The notes under the pieces were generated by a model. That model saw only the letters and a program-made list of their open reading frames with translations, was not told the origin of the DNA and searched no databases. From contig CP070722.1 in the NCBI GenBank assembly GCA_020350785.1, positions 3,684,241 through 3,748,240 of the forward strand: a stretch of DNA of 64,000 nt, in the 5' to 3' direction. The DNA is from Gemmatimonadota bacterium (GTDB taxonomy: Bacteria > Gemmatimonadota > Gemmatimonadetes > Palauibacterales > KS3-K002). Below are positions 7,859 through 18,035 of the stretch, in pieces; position 1 is the first letter of the stretch; each line of letters starts with the position of its first letter. Position numbers and translations under genes: made by a program.

Positions 7859-9366
7859 CCGAGACCGGGGAGGCTCAGCACGTCATTCGGGCTCGGCGCG
7901 AGAAGCTCCGGCAGCTGCGGGAGCTGGGCGTCGAGCCCTACTGTTATCGCTACGAGCCGAACAGCACGGCCGCAGCCGCGATTCAGGCTTTCGAGGCGGC
8001 GGGCGATGACGGGGTCGAGACCCGACTGGCTGGACGCCTGCGTTCATTCCGGCCACATGGTAAGACCTCGTTCGGCCACCTCGAGGATCGCAGTGGCAAG
8101 ATCCAGATCTATTTCCGCGCGGATGTTCTGGGTGAGGCCGGCTACGAGCTGGTGAAGCTGCTGGACCTGGGTGACTGGGTCGGGGTTGAGGGCGCCCTTT
8201 TCCGCACGCGCACGGGAGAGATCACCGTGCGTGCCGATACGGTACAGCTGCTGGCCAAGACCGTACGGCCACTGCCTTATGGCAAGGAGGAGACGGACGA
8301 GGGCGGCGACACGGTCGTACACGGCGGATTCGCAGATGTGGAGAGCCGCTATCGCCAGCGCTATGCGGATCTCGCCGTCAATCCGGAGGTGCGTGACCTG
8401 TTCCTCACCCGCAGCAGGGTCGTGCAGGAGATCCAGCGGTTCCTGGACGCGCGGGGGTTCCTGCCCGTCGAGACTCCTATTCTGCAGCCAATCTACGGCG
8501 GTGCCACGGCCAACCCCTTCAAGACGTACCATCGCGCACTGGACACGGAACTGTACCTGCGGATTGCCGACGAGCTCTACTTGAAGCGTCTGATCGTCGG
8601 AGGCCTGGAGCGGGTCTACGAGATCGGCAAGGTCTTTCGCAACGAGGGGATCGACCGAACCCACAATCCCGAGTTCTCGATGCTGGAACTCTACCAGGCC
8701 TATGCCGACTACGGTGACATGATGGATCTCACCGAGTCGCTGGTGCACGAGGTCGTCGTGCGGGTTAGCGGGTCGTCGCGCGTGGTCTATCAGGGCGAGG
8801 AAATCGATTTCGAGCCCCCCTGGCCACGGCTCGCCTGGTACGAGGCCTTGGAGAGGCACGGCGATGTCCGACGATCGGAACTGCAGGGGGGCGCCCTGCG
8901 CGAGGCGGCGCTCTCGGCGGGTGTCGAGGGGGCCGATGACAAGGGACGCGCGGCGCTTCTCGATGGGCTGTTCAAGGCCCGCGTGGAAGAGCACTTGAGA
9001 GGGCCGCTCATCATCTACGATTACCCGGTGGAGTTAAGTCCCTTGGCCAAGCACAAGCGCGATGGCGATAAGGAGCTGACCGAGCGCTTCGAGGTCTTCG
9101 TCGCCGGCCACGAGATCGCTAACGCCTTCAGCGAACTGAACGACCCGCTAGAGCAGAGGGAACGCTTCGAGGCGCAAGCGCGTATGCGTGAAGAGGAGGG
9201 TTGGGAGGAGGCTCATCAGATCGATGACGATTACATCTCCGCCCTCGAGTACGGTTTGCCTCCCACCGGCGGGATGGGTCTGGGGATCGACCGCTTGGTC
9301 ATGCTGCTGACGGGTCGAGCTTCGATTCGGGAGGTCATCCTCTTCCCGACGCTGAGGCCGGAGTAA
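7855..9366 (+). CDS. lysS: Lysine--tRNA ligase (class II)
   Basis: ATG 7855 overlaps prfB stop (ATGA). Class II aaRS motifs, anticodon-binding OB fold. Conserved prfB-lysS gene order. Confidence 0.92.
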   Translation: MTETGEAQHVIRARREKLRQLRELGVEPYCYRYEPNSTAAAAIQAFEAAGDDGVETRLAGRLRSFRPHGKTSFGHLEDRSGKIQIYFRADVLGEAGYELVKLLDLGDWVGVEGALFRTRTGEITVRADTVQLLAKTVRPLPYGKEETDEGGDTVVHGGFADVESRYRQRYADLAVNPEVRDLFLTRSRVVQEIQRFLDARGFLPVETPILQPIYGGATANPFKTYHRALDTELYLRIADELYLKRLIVGGLERVYEIGKVFRNEGIDRTHNPEFSMLELYQAYADYGDMMDLTESLVHEVVVRVSGSSRVVYQGEEIDFEPPWPRLAWYEALERHGDVRRSELQGGALREAALSAGVEGADDKGRAALLDGLFKARVEEHLRGPLIIYDYPVELSPLAKHKRDGDKELTERFEVFVAGHEIANAFSELNDPLEQRERFEAQARMREEEGWEEAHQIDDDYISALEYGLPPTGGMGLGIDRLVMLLTGRASIREVILFPTLRPE

Positions 9367-9369
9367 GTC

Positions 9370-10704
9370 ATGGGTCTCGAGCTACACATCGCGTTCCGCT
9401 ATCTCTCCGTGAAGCGTTGGTGGCATTGGCTTATTGTCGTCGCCTTCGTGGCTCTCTCGCCGCTCTGGATCATAGCTGCCTTTATCGTCCTGGCCGTTGC
9501 GTCAGAACGACTGGCCGATATCTCTTCTCGGGCAGCCAGCCTGATCATCACGATAATTGCGATCGGAGGCATCTACCTGGGGGTCGCGGCCCTGATCGTG
9601 GTAATCGGGGTGATGTCGGGCCTTCAGACCGAGGTTCGCGATCGGATTCTGGGCACGAACCCGCACATCATGATGCTGACCTACGGCGATGAGCTCAGGT
9701 TCGAAGACTGGGAGGGGCCACTTGAGGCCGCACGGGCAGACCCGGACGTGACGATTGGAGAACCGTTTGTCTATACGCAGTCGCTCGTCTTCAAGCGAGT
9801 GCACTACCAGCAGGGCCTGGCGCTGCGCGGGATCAGTCAAGACGCGACCGAACGATTGGGCGACCAGACCCTTGTCGGTGATTGGAACTTCAACGACACC
9901 GGATCCGGCCTGCCGGGCCTGGTGTTGGGCTTTCGGCTGGCCGGGCGCCTGCAAGCGGGCCCTGGCGACACGGTGAACTTGATCTCGGGCCAGGGCGCAG
10001 AACTGACGCCGGCGGGCTTTATCCCGAAGTTCAAGAAATTCGAGGTGGTCGGACTCTTCAGGAGTGGAATGTTCGAGTACGACAACCAGATGGCCTACAG
10101 TTCCCTGGAAGCGGCCCAGGATCTCGTGGGCTTGGATGATGCGGTGACCGGATTGGCGTTCTGGGTAAAGGACCCTTGGAAGGCCGATGAAGTGGCGGCG
10201 CGCCTCTCCCAGACGCTGGGCTATCCCTACTATCTCCGGGACTGGAAGGTGACGAACGAAGGGCTGTTCAATGCGCTGAAGCTGGAGAAGATGGGTATGG
10301 CGCTCGTGCTGGCGCTCATCGTAATCGTCGCTGCCTTCAACATCGTCTCCACCTTGATCATGGTGGTGGCGGACAAGACTCGCGAGATCGGGATCCTCCG
10401 GTCCATGGGGATGACGTCACGTCGGGTTCTCAACGTGTTCATGCTGCAGGGCCTGATCATCGGAGTTGCCGGAACGATGCTGGGATTGGTAGGAGGTTTG
10501 GCCCTGAGTTGGGCGATCGACTACTTCAACCTCATAGCATTGCCGGGGGACGTCTACCTGATCAGCGAGATCCCGATAATACTCAACCCGCTTGATATCG
10601 CCTGGATCGTGGCTGCTGGCATCTTCATATCGCTGCTCGCGACGGTCTATCCCTCGCACCTGGCCGCGCGACTCACCCCGGTCGAGGCGATTCGCCATGA
10701 GTAG
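9370..10704 (+). CDS. Lipoprotein-release ABC transporter permease, LolC/LolE family (FtsX-like, MacB-type periplasmic domain)
   Basis: N-terminal FRYL motif, large periplasmic domain, C-terminal FtsX 3-TM module. An extra hydrophobic segment precedes TM1. Confidence 0.8.
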   Translation: MGLELHIAFRYLSVKRWWHWLIVVAFVALSPLWIIAAFIVLAVASERLADISSRAASLIITIIAIGGIYLGVAALIVVIGVMSGLQTEVRDRILGTNPHIMMLTYGDELRFEDWEGPLEAARADPDVTIGEPFVYTQSLVFKRVHYQQGLALRGISQDATERLGDQTLVGDWNFNDTGSGLPGLVLGFRLAGRLQAGPGDTVNLISGQGAELTPAGFIPKFKKFEVVGLFRSGMFEYDNQMAYSSLEAAQDLVGLDDAVTGLAFWVKDPWKADEVAARLSQTLGYPYYLRDWKVTNEGLFNALKLEKMGMALVLALIVIVAAFNIVSTLIMVVADKTREIGILRSMGMTSRRVLNVFMLQGLIIGVAGTMLGLVGGLALSWAIDYFNLIALPGDVYLISEIPIILNPLDIAWIVAAGIFISLLATVYPSHLAARLTPVEAIRHE

Positions 10705-11458
10705 CCAGGGGCGGTCCGAGCGAGCGGGGAAGTACCAGCCTTCGGAACGGCCGATCTTGGTGGCCGAGAACTTGCACAAATCCTTCCTGGACAGCGACGG
10801 CTCGGATCTGCCGATTCTCAAGGGGCTGCATCTGGAGGTCCGGGTCGGCGAGGTCGTCGCCGTAATAGGCCCGAGCGGGGCGGGGAAGAGCACGATGCTG
10901 CACCTTCTGGGCGGCCTGGACCGTCCCAGTGGGGGAGAGGTCTATTTGGAGGGGCAGCCGCTCTCCGGCTTGGATGAGCAGTCTTTGGCCCAGGCTCGTA
11001 ACTCTCGAATTGGCTTCGTGTTCCAGTTTCACCATCTGTTGCGGGAGTTCAGCGCGCTTGAAAATATCATGCTGCCGCTTTTGATTGGAAACGTGGAGCG
11101 CTCCCAAGCGCAGGCCCGTGGCGAAGCGCTGCTGGGCGCTGTAGGCCTGGAGCGGCGGGGGGGACACAAGCCGCCCCAGTTATCCGGAGGCGAGCGGCAG
11201 CGCGTGGCGGTGGCGCGAGCATTGGCGAACGAGCCTCTCGTTCTCTTGGCCGACGAGCCTTCGGGCAATCTCGATGATCAAACGGCCGAAGGGCTCCACG
11301 ATCTGTTCTTCCGGCTCCGGGATGAGCGCGATTTCGCGATTGTGCTCGTGACGCATAATAGAGAGTTCGCGAGCCGGGCCGACCGAGTCCTCTGGCTGCA
11401 CGACGGCCAGCTCCACCCCGTCTCTTTGTCGATGGCGGAGCATGAGGCGGTACCGTAA
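10697..11458 (+). CDS. lolD: Lipoprotein-release ABC transporter ATP-binding protein
   Basis: Walker A GPSGAGKST, ABC signature LSGGERQRVAVARAL, Walker B LLADEPSGNLD. Start overlaps lolC by 8 nt. Confidence 0.85.
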   Translation: MSSQGRSERAGKYQPSERPILVAENLHKSFLDSDGSDLPILKGLHLEVRVGEVVAVIGPSGAGKSTMLHLLGGLDRPSGGEVYLEGQPLSGLDEQSLAQARNSRIGFVFQFHHLLREFSALENIMLPLLIGNVERSQAQARGEALLGAVGLERRGGHKPPQLSGGERQRVAVARALANEPLVLLADEPSGNLDDQTAEGLHDLFFRLRDERDFAIVLVTHNREFASRADRVLWLHDGQLHPVSLSMAEHEAVP

Positions 11459-11961
11459 TGCTGTGCGATAACTGTGGGAAGAACGAGGCAGAGGTCCATC
11501 TGACGCAGATTGTGGACAACGAGATGACCACGGTCCATCTCTGTCCGAGTTGTGCGGCCGAGAAGGGACTGGATGCGGGTGGCGGCAAGAATCTGCCTCT
11601 CACCGACTTTCTTGCCCAGATGGGCCAAGCGGCGATCGCCGACGAAGAAGCCACGGGTGTGGAGCCGTGTTCATACTGCCACACGACGGTCGATGACTTC
11701 CGGCGAACGGGGCGCCTCGGTTGCCCGCATTGCTACTCGGTTTTCGAGTCCCAACTCCGTGCAATTTTGAGGCGCATTCACGGATCGACTTATCACCTGG
11801 GCAAGGTCTATGTGCCGCCGGCCAGTGAGGCGGCGGAGCGCAGCGCGCGGCTGTCCGGGCTGCGGCGCAAGCTGCAGCGCGCCGTGGAGGCGGAGGACTT
11901 CGAGCGGGCCGCGGTCATCCGCGACCAGATCCGCGAGCTGGAGACAACGGCGGACCGATGA
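11458..11961 (+). CDS. mcsA: McsA-like activator of protein-arginine kinase (four CxxC zinc-finger pairs + UVR motif)
   Basis: CDNC...CPSC and CSYC...CPHC pairs. C-terminal UvrB/UvrC-type motif LQRAVEAEDFERAAVIRDQIRELE. ATG shares 1 nt with lolD stop (TAATG). Stop overlaps mcsB start. Confidence 0.7.
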   Translation: MLCDNCGKNEAEVHLTQIVDNEMTTVHLCPSCAAEKGLDAGGGKNLPLTDFLAQMGQAAIADEEATGVEPCSYCHTTVDDFRRTGRLGCPHCYSVFESQLRAILRRIHGSTYHLGKVYVPPASEAAERSARLSGLRRKLQRAVEAEDFERAAVIRDQIRELETTADR

Positions 11962-13052
11962 GGAGACTAGACCTGGCTTCGACGCCGGACTTCGGCCTCA
12001 GTTGGCTCGACGCTACTGGCCCCGACAGCGATATCGTGCTCTCCACGCGAGTGCGCATCGCCCGCAATCTGCAGGGGTATCCTTTCTCGATCCGCGCCAA
12101 GCCAGCCGATCGAGCCGCCATTCTGGCGACGGTGCGGGAAGCGGTGGACCGCATGCCACCTCTAGCTGACGGCGTCATTCTGGAGCTGGATACGCTGGAG
12201 GCGCGAGGGCGCCAGCTCCTGCTGGAGCGGCACTTGGTCAGCAGGGAGTTGGCTGGCGCCGGGGGAGCAGACAGTCCCTCTTCTGCCGCGCTGGTGTCCT
12301 CATTGGCCGAGCCCGTCGGGTTGATGATAAACGAAGAGGATCACCTGCGCCTGCAAAGCCTGACGAGCGGCTTCGGCCCGCGGAAGACATGGCGGCTGGT
12401 GGATTCCCTCGACGAGGATCTGGGGAGCGCGCTTCCCTTCGCCTTCCACCACGAGTTTGGCCACCTGACGTCATGTCCTACGAATTGCGGAACAGGGTTG
12501 CGAGCGTCGGTGCTGATACACCTCCCCGGCTTGGTCCTGACGAAGGAAATCAACAAGGTGCTTCAGGGGATAACGCAGGTGGGCCTCACCTTCCGCGGCC
12601 TGTATGGGGAGGGCTCCGAGGTCATCGGAAACCTGTTTCAGGTATCGAACCAGACCACCCTGGGTAAGAGCGAGGAGGACCTGATCGACCACTTGCACAA
12701 GATCGTCGGTCAAGTCGTGGAGTATGAGCGTCAGGCTCGCTCGGTGCTGTTGCGTGACGCTCCCAACGTCATCGAGGATAAGGTTTGGCGGGCCTACGGG
12801 TTGCTGCGGCACGCGCGCTCCTTAGGGTTCGACGAGATGATGAACCTGCTCTCGGGCGTTCGCCTGGGGCTGTCGCTGAAACTTCTATTAGGGCCTAGTG
12901 TATTTGTGTTGAATCGGATAATGATATTTGCTCAGAATGCGCACCTGGAGGAGGCAAGCGCCGGAACGCTCGCCGTCGGGGAGCGTGACTTCCAGCGCGC
13001 CAGCCACGTACGGGCGGCTCTGGCGGAAGCGGAGCGAGCCGCAGACAGATAG
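11958..13052 (+). CDS. mcsB: Protein-arginine kinase McsB (ATP:guanido phosphotransferase family)
   Basis: Phosphagen-kinase active-site signature CPTNCGTGLRASVLIHLPGL. ~364 aa. ATGA overlap with mcsA. Confidence 0.85.
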   Translation: MRRLDLASTPDFGLSWLDATGPDSDIVLSTRVRIARNLQGYPFSIRAKPADRAAILATVREAVDRMPPLADGVILELDTLEARGRQLLLERHLVSRELAGAGGADSPSSAALVSSLAEPVGLMINEEDHLRLQSLTSGFGPRKTWRLVDSLDEDLGSALPFAFHHEFGHLTSCPTNCGTGLRASVLIHLPGLVLTKEINKVLQGITQVGLTFRGLYGEGSEVIGNLFQVSNQTTLGKSEEDLIDHLHKIVGQVVEYERQARSVLLRDAPNVIEDKVWRAYGLLRHARSLGFDEMMNLLSGVRLGLSLKLLLGPSVFVLNRIMIFAQNAHLEEASAGTLAVGERDFQRASHVRAALAEAERAADR

Positions 13053-13105
13053 AGCGAGGGGGACCCTGCGGGGGGAGAGCGGATCACGGGCGTGAAGAGG
13101 GTGTG

Positions 13106-15571
13106 ATGAATTACAATTTCACCGATCGGGTGCGGAAGGTCCTGGCGATGGCACGCGAGGAAGCCATTCGTCTGCAGCATGACTACGTCGGGACCGAACA
13201 TATCCTGCTGGGCTTGATCCGCGAAGGTGAAGGTGTCGCAGCGGCGGTACTGATGAACCTGAATGTCGACCTCGATCAGGTGCAGGAGCGGACCGAGGAG
13301 CAGGTTCGTAAAGGCAAGGCCGGTGCGACGATGGGCGAGCTCCCCTATACGTCGCGAGCGAAGAAGGTGTTGGAGTTCGCCGTGGCGGAAGCTCGGGAGC
13401 TGAGCCACAGCTACGTGGGCACCGAGCATTTGCTGTTGGGACTGCTGAGAGAAGAGAAGGGGGTTGCGGCGCAGGTCTTGGAGTCACTGGGGGTGACGCT
13501 GGAGGCGGCGCGTGACCAGACGCTGAAGCTCTTGGGTACCGATGTGCCGACGTCGGGCGCGAGCGCCAGCGCGGGGGCCAGTAAGGAGAAGAAGTCGAAG
13601 ACTCCGGCTCTGGATCATTTCTGCCGTGACCTGACCGAGTTGGCGCGGGGTGGCGAGCTCGATCCGACGATCGGTCGCGAGCAGGAGATCGAGCGTGTGA
13701 TGGAAATCCTGTCCCGGCGTAAGAAGAACAACCCGGTCTTGATCGGGGAGCCCGGGGTGGGGAAGACGGCGATCGTCGAGGGTTTAGCCCAGCTGATAGC
13801 GCGCGGTGAGGTCGCGGACAGTCTGAAGGGTCACCGGGTTCTGGCGCTGGACATGGCGGCCGTGATCGCGGGCACGAAGTATCGTGGTCAGTTCGAGGAG
13901 CGCCTCAAAGCGGTCATGAACGAGATTGCCCAGAACCGGGATGTAATACTGTTCATCGATGAGGTGCACACGCTTGTTGGCGCCGGGGCAGCGGAAGGGG
14001 CGATTGACGCGTCCAACATGCTGAAGCCTTCGCTGGCCCGTGGCGAGCTGCAGTGCATAGGCGCTTCGACGTTGAACGAATATCGCAAGTACATCGAGAA
14101 GGATGGAGCTCTCGAGCGCCGTTTTCAGACGGTCATGGTGGAACCGCCCACTGTGGATGAGACGATTGATATCCTTAGCGGGTTGAAGAAGCGCTACGAG
14201 GACCACCACAAGGTCTTGTTGCCGCAGGACACGCTGGTCAACGCGGCCAAGCTGTCCGAGCGGTACATCACCGACCGATATCTGCCGGACAAGGCCATCG
14301 ACGTGATCGATGAGGCGTGCGCCCGCGTCCATCTATCGACACAGGTGCCGCCGCCTGAGGTCGCCGACCTTCAGGAGGACCTGAAGCGAATCGGGCAGCT
14401 CAAGGACGAGGCCATACGGGACCAGGACTTCGAGCGAGCGGCCGAGCTTCGCGACAGGGAGCGTGAGCAGCAATCGGAGATCCGACGACGCCGCGAGGAA
14501 TGGGAGGAGGAGCGCCGCACCTTCCGGCCGACGATAACCGAGGACGATGTGGCGTTCATCGTTTCGCGCTGGACTGGGATTCCGGTGACGCGGCTGCAGG
14601 AGGGTGAGACCGATCGGTTGCTTCGGATGGAAGAGGAGTTGCACAGGCACGTCGTCGGCCAAGACGAGGCGATCACCGGCATCAGCCGTGCCATCCGGCG
14701 GAGCCGCGCGGGCCTCAAGGATCCGAATCGCCCCATCGGCTCGTTCATCTTCAGCGGCCCGACGGGCGTGGGCAAGACCGAGTTGGCGCGGGCGCTGGCG
14801 CGTTTTCTGTTCGCAGATGAGAACGCCCTGATCCGTGTCGACATGTCGGAGTACATGGAGAAGTTCTCGGTGAGCCGGTTGATCGGGGCTCCTCCCGGTT
14901 ACGTGGGTTACGAGGACAGCGGCGCCCTGACCAAATCGGTGCGCCATAAGCCTTACAGCGTGGTTCTGTTTGACGAGATCGAGAAAGCCCACCCGGATGT
15001 CTTCAATATTCTGCTGCAAATACTCGACGACGGCAGAATCACAGATAACTACGGTCGCGTTATCGATTTCAAGAACACGATCCTGATCATGACCTCGAAC
15101 GTTGGAGCTCGTGATATCGCCAAAGGCGGAGGTCTCGGATTTCACCAGCAGGACGACAAGGCCAGTTACGATGACATGGCTCGGCGCGTCAAAGAGGAGA
15201 TTCAGAGGGTCTTCAATCCGGAATTCTTGAACCGGCTCGATGATGTGATCGTGTTCCACCCGCTCTCCAAGGAGCACATCCGGCAGATCGTCGACGTGCT
15301 GATGCGAGATGTGCGTTCCAGATTGGAAGAGGAGTCACTGAAGCTACAGCTGACCGACCCTGCGGTGGCGTTCCTGGTGGAGCATGGATATGATGCGACC
15401 TACGGTGCCCGCCCGCTGCGGCGCGCGATTCAGCGCTACGTCGAGGATCCTCTGTCGGAGAAGATCCTGATGGCGGAGTTGACGCCGGGCGACATTATCG
15501 AGGTCGACGTATCAGCGGACGGAGAGAAGCTCGAGTTTCGAGTGCTCTCGTCCTCATCGTTCGCCACGTGA
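13106..15571 (+). CDS. clpC: ATP-dependent Clp protease ATP-binding subunit ClpC (two AAA+ modules, Clp-N repeats, UVR-containing M-domain)
   Basis: N-terminus [46 protein letters not shown] closely parallels Bacillus ClpC. Walker [10 protein letters not shown] and [12 protein letters not shown] motif in linker. GTG 13103 is an alternative start. Confidence 0.92.
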   Translation: MNYNFTDRVRKVLAMAREEAIRLQHDYVGTEHILLGLIREGEGVAAAVLMNLNVDLDQVQERTEEQVRKGKAGATMGELPYTSRAKKVLEFAVAEARELSHSYVGTEHLLLGLLREEKGVAAQVLESLGVTLEAARDQTLKLLGTDVPTSGASASAGASKEKKSKTPALDHFCRDLTELARGGELDPTIGREQEIERVMEILSRRKKNNPVLIGEPGVGKTAIVEGLAQLIARGEVADSLKGHRVLALDMAAVIAGTKYRGQFEERLKAVMNEIAQNRDVILFIDEVHTLVGAGAAEGAIDASNMLKPSLARGELQCIGASTLNEYRKYIEKDGALERRFQTVMVEPPTVDETIDILSGLKKRYEDHHKVLLPQDTLVNAAKLSERYITDRYLPDKAIDVIDEACARVHLSTQVPPPEVADLQEDLKRIGQLKDEAIRDQDFERAAELRDREREQQSEIRRRREEWEEERRTFRPTITEDDVAFIVSRWTGIPVTRLQEGETDRLLRMEEELHRHVVGQDEAITGISRAIRRSRAGLKDPNRPIGSFIFSGPTGVGKTELARALARFLFADENALIRVDMSEYMEKFSVSRLIGAPPGYVGYEDSGALTKSVRHKPYSVVLFDEIEKAHPDVFNILLQILDDGRITDNYGRVIDFKNTILIMTSNVGARDIAKGGGLGFHQQDDKASYDDMARRVKEEIQRVFNPEFLNRLDDVIVFHPLSKEHIRQIVDVLMRDVRSRLEEESLKLQLTDPAVAFLVEHGYDATYGARPLRRAIQRYVEDPLSEKILMAELTPGDIIEVDVSADGEKLEFRVLSSSSFAT

Positions 15572-18000
15572 GGTTCTACGGTCGAATCCTGTTAACAACG
15601 GCCCTCGTCGCGTTCGTCGCGAGGGCCGCGCCGTTGTCGGCTCAGACGCAGACGACGGACCAGGGCCTGCTTCGCATCGATTCGCTCAAGGTCACTGGCA
15701 ACGTTCGCCTGGCCACTCCCGTTGTCCTATCCGACTTTGGCATTCGCCCTGGTGATGTCGTAACCAGCAACAAGATCCAGCGCGGTATCCAGCGCCTCTA
15801 TGCCTCGCAGCAGTACGAGGATGTACGTGTGTACGCCGTCGGTGGCGACGGCGGCGAGGTCACCTTGATCGTGGAGGTCGTGGAGCGGCCCTACATCGTC
15901 AATTACCAGTTCCGCGGCCTGGAGCACATCGGTGCTGGGGGCATCCGCGATACGGCTGGCCTGAGTTCGGACGCGCCGCTCGACCCGTCCGCTGTCCACA
16001 GCGCATCGTACCATATTCGCAGCGAGCTTTCGCGCAGAGGCTATGTCAGGGCTCACATAGATACCACCTTTCAGCCGACGGCACGAGAGGGCGAATACGT
16101 GCTGGTGTTTAAGGTGACGGAGGGTCGCCGCCTGGTAGTAGCCGGAATCGAATTCGAAGGCAATCAGAGGGTCGGCGCGCACGACTTGATCGGAGCCATG
16201 CGGATCAAGCCCGAGGGCTTCTGGTGGTGGCAGACGGGCGAATTTCGGGAGGACGACTACGCGCTGGACCTCGAAGCGAACCTTATCGAGTTTTATGGCT
16301 CGCGAGGATATCTGGATTTTCAGGTACTGGGCGACACGATGATCGTGGACCCGACAAGCGGGAAGACGAAGATCGTCATCAATGTGGATGAGGGCCGTCA
16401 ATATCGGATAGCCAACTTCGAGGTCGAAGGCAACTCGCACTTTCCGACCGAACTTATCGAAGCCCGCTTCGACCCGCGCAGCAGATCGCTTCTGTCGCGC
16501 CTGCCCCTCGTGGGCGGCGGAGGTGGCGAGGGCGACCCGGTCTTCGATACTCACCAATGGCAGGAAGCGACTGATCAGGTTCGGCAACTCTATCGTAACG
16601 CGGGATTCCTCTATTCTCAGGTCGAACCGGTCGTCGAACGGTTGCCGGACGGGGAAGACGGACAGCCGCGGGTCGGTCTGAGATGGCGGATCGTGGAGAA
16701 CCAACAGGCGTACGTTAGCCTGGTGAACATCGGGGGTAACACGAACACTCACGAGCGTGTGGTTCGTGAGCGGCTCCTGATGATTCCCGGGGATGTCTAC
16801 GCTGAGGACCGCCTGATTTCGAGTTTTCAGAGCATTCAGGGCCTCGGTTTCTTCGACCCGCTCCCGCCGAACGAGGCCGTCGATATTCGCCCCAACGAAG
16901 AACAGAACATCGATATCACGTTCAGGGTCAGTGAGAGACAGACCGGGAACGTCAACTTCGGAGCCTCCGTATCTCCCTCGACGGGGTTGGCGGGATTCAT
17001 CGGCTACCAGCAGCCCAACCTTTTCGGGCAGGCCAAGTCGGGGAGTTTCCGTTGGGTTTTCGGGAGCCGTTCGAACGATATCGAGCTGTCATACACGGAT
17101 CCCGCCATATTCGGCAGCCGCAACTCGGCGGGGGTCAGCCTGAGAAACTCACGCGATCGCTTCGGTTTCATAGGGTTGGGACGCCGCCGCCAGATCGGCG
17201 GCAGCGTATTCTTTGGAACGCCCTTTTTGGGTGCCCGCTGGACGCGGCTGACGATACGCTACTCTCTGTTTCGGGACGAGTTTGATTCAGACGAGGAGGA
17301 GCTGGATCTGGAGCAGCGACAACTGCTCAACGTCGGCACCCGCAGCTCCGTCGAGTTTCGGGTTACGCGTGACCGGCGCAATCACCCGTTGTTCCCGACG
17401 AACGGCAGCCGCAATACCGTCGGTTTGCAGTTCGTAGGGGGGGTCCTTGGAGGAGATGGCGACTACAGAAAGCTGAGCTTCGAGAGCGAGTGGTTCACGC
17501 CGATCGCCAACTTGCGTTCGGATCCGACGCAGACCCCGATCGACCTTGCTTTGGGTCTGAGTCTGAAAGGTGGCGTGATCGTCGGCGACAATCCGTTCTT
17601 CTTGGAGCGTTTCTACATGGGTGGTGTACAGTATGGTCCGCCTCTGCGGGGCTACGATGAGCTGTCGATCACTCCGTTTGGGCATGTTCCGAGAGATGCT
17701 CCCGGTTTCAGCCAGTTGGACAGGGTGGGTGAATCCTTCTTCGGCATGACGGCTAACATCGGCATGAACCTGGGTGGCACGGTGTACGTGAACGCATTCT
17801 ACGACGCGGGGAACGTTTGGGCGTCTTCATTCGGATTCAATCCAACCGATCTTTTGCGTGGGTTCGGTATCGGCGTGAGCGTAGTGACGCCGGTGGGCCC
17901 GCTCGGCCTCGACTACGCGTATGGTATTGATCGCCGCGACGTTTTCGGCCGACCGGATCCCGGCTGGAAGTTACATTTCCGATTTGGCCAGATATTCTGA
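15568..18000 (+). CDS. bamA: Outer membrane protein assembly factor BamA (POTRA repeats + C-terminal 16-strand barrel)
   Basis: Signal peptide, 810 aa, POTRA-like N-terminal repeats, C-terminal barrel ending ...HFRFGQIF. GTG start overlaps clpC stop (GTGA). Confidence 0.9.
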   Translation: MRFYGRILLTTALVAFVARAAPLSAQTQTTDQGLLRIDSLKVTGNVRLATPVVLSDFGIRPGDVVTSNKIQRGIQRLYASQQYEDVRVYAVGGDGGEVTLIVEVVERPYIVNYQFRGLEHIGAGGIRDTAGLSSDAPLDPSAVHSASYHIRSELSRRGYVRAHIDTTFQPTAREGEYVLVFKVTEGRRLVVAGIEFEGNQRVGAHDLIGAMRIKPEGFWWWQTGEFREDDYALDLEANLIEFYGSRGYLDFQVLGDTMIVDPTSGKTKIVINVDEGRQYRIANFEVEGNSHFPTELIEARFDPRSRSLLSRLPLVGGGGGEGDPVFDTHQWQEATDQVRQLYRNAGFLYSQVEPVVERLPDGEDGQPRVGLRWRIVENQQAYVSLVNIGGNTNTHERVVRERLLMIPGDVYAEDRLISSFQSIQGLGFFDPLPPNEAVDIRPNEEQNIDITFRVSERQTGNVNFGASVSPSTGLAGFIGYQQPNLFGQAKSGSFRWVFGSRSNDIELSYTDPAIFGSRNSAGVSLRNSRDRFGFIGLGRRRQIGGSVFFGTPFLGARWTRLTIRYSLFRDEFDSDEEELDLEQRQLLNVGTRSSVEFRVTRDRRNHPLFPTNGSRNTVGLQFVGGVLGGDGDYRKLSFESEWFTPIANLRSDPTQTPIDLALGLSLKGGVIVGDNPFFLERFYMGGVQYGPPLRGYDELSITPFGHVPRDAPGFSQLDRVGESFFGMTANIGMNLGGTVYVNAFYDAGNVWASSFGFNPTDLLRGFGIGVSVVTPVGPLGLDYAYGIDRRDVFGRPDPGWKLHFRFGQIF

Positions 18001-18035
18001 TCTGGCAGCGCACTTCAACGGACAGGAGAGGTAGG

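Noticed and set aside
13053-13105. Searched mcsB-clpC and lolD-mcsA junctions for a CtsR operator (GGTCAAA direct repeat) or CIRCE element.
   Set aside because: No match. The spacer is G-rich without repeat structure.
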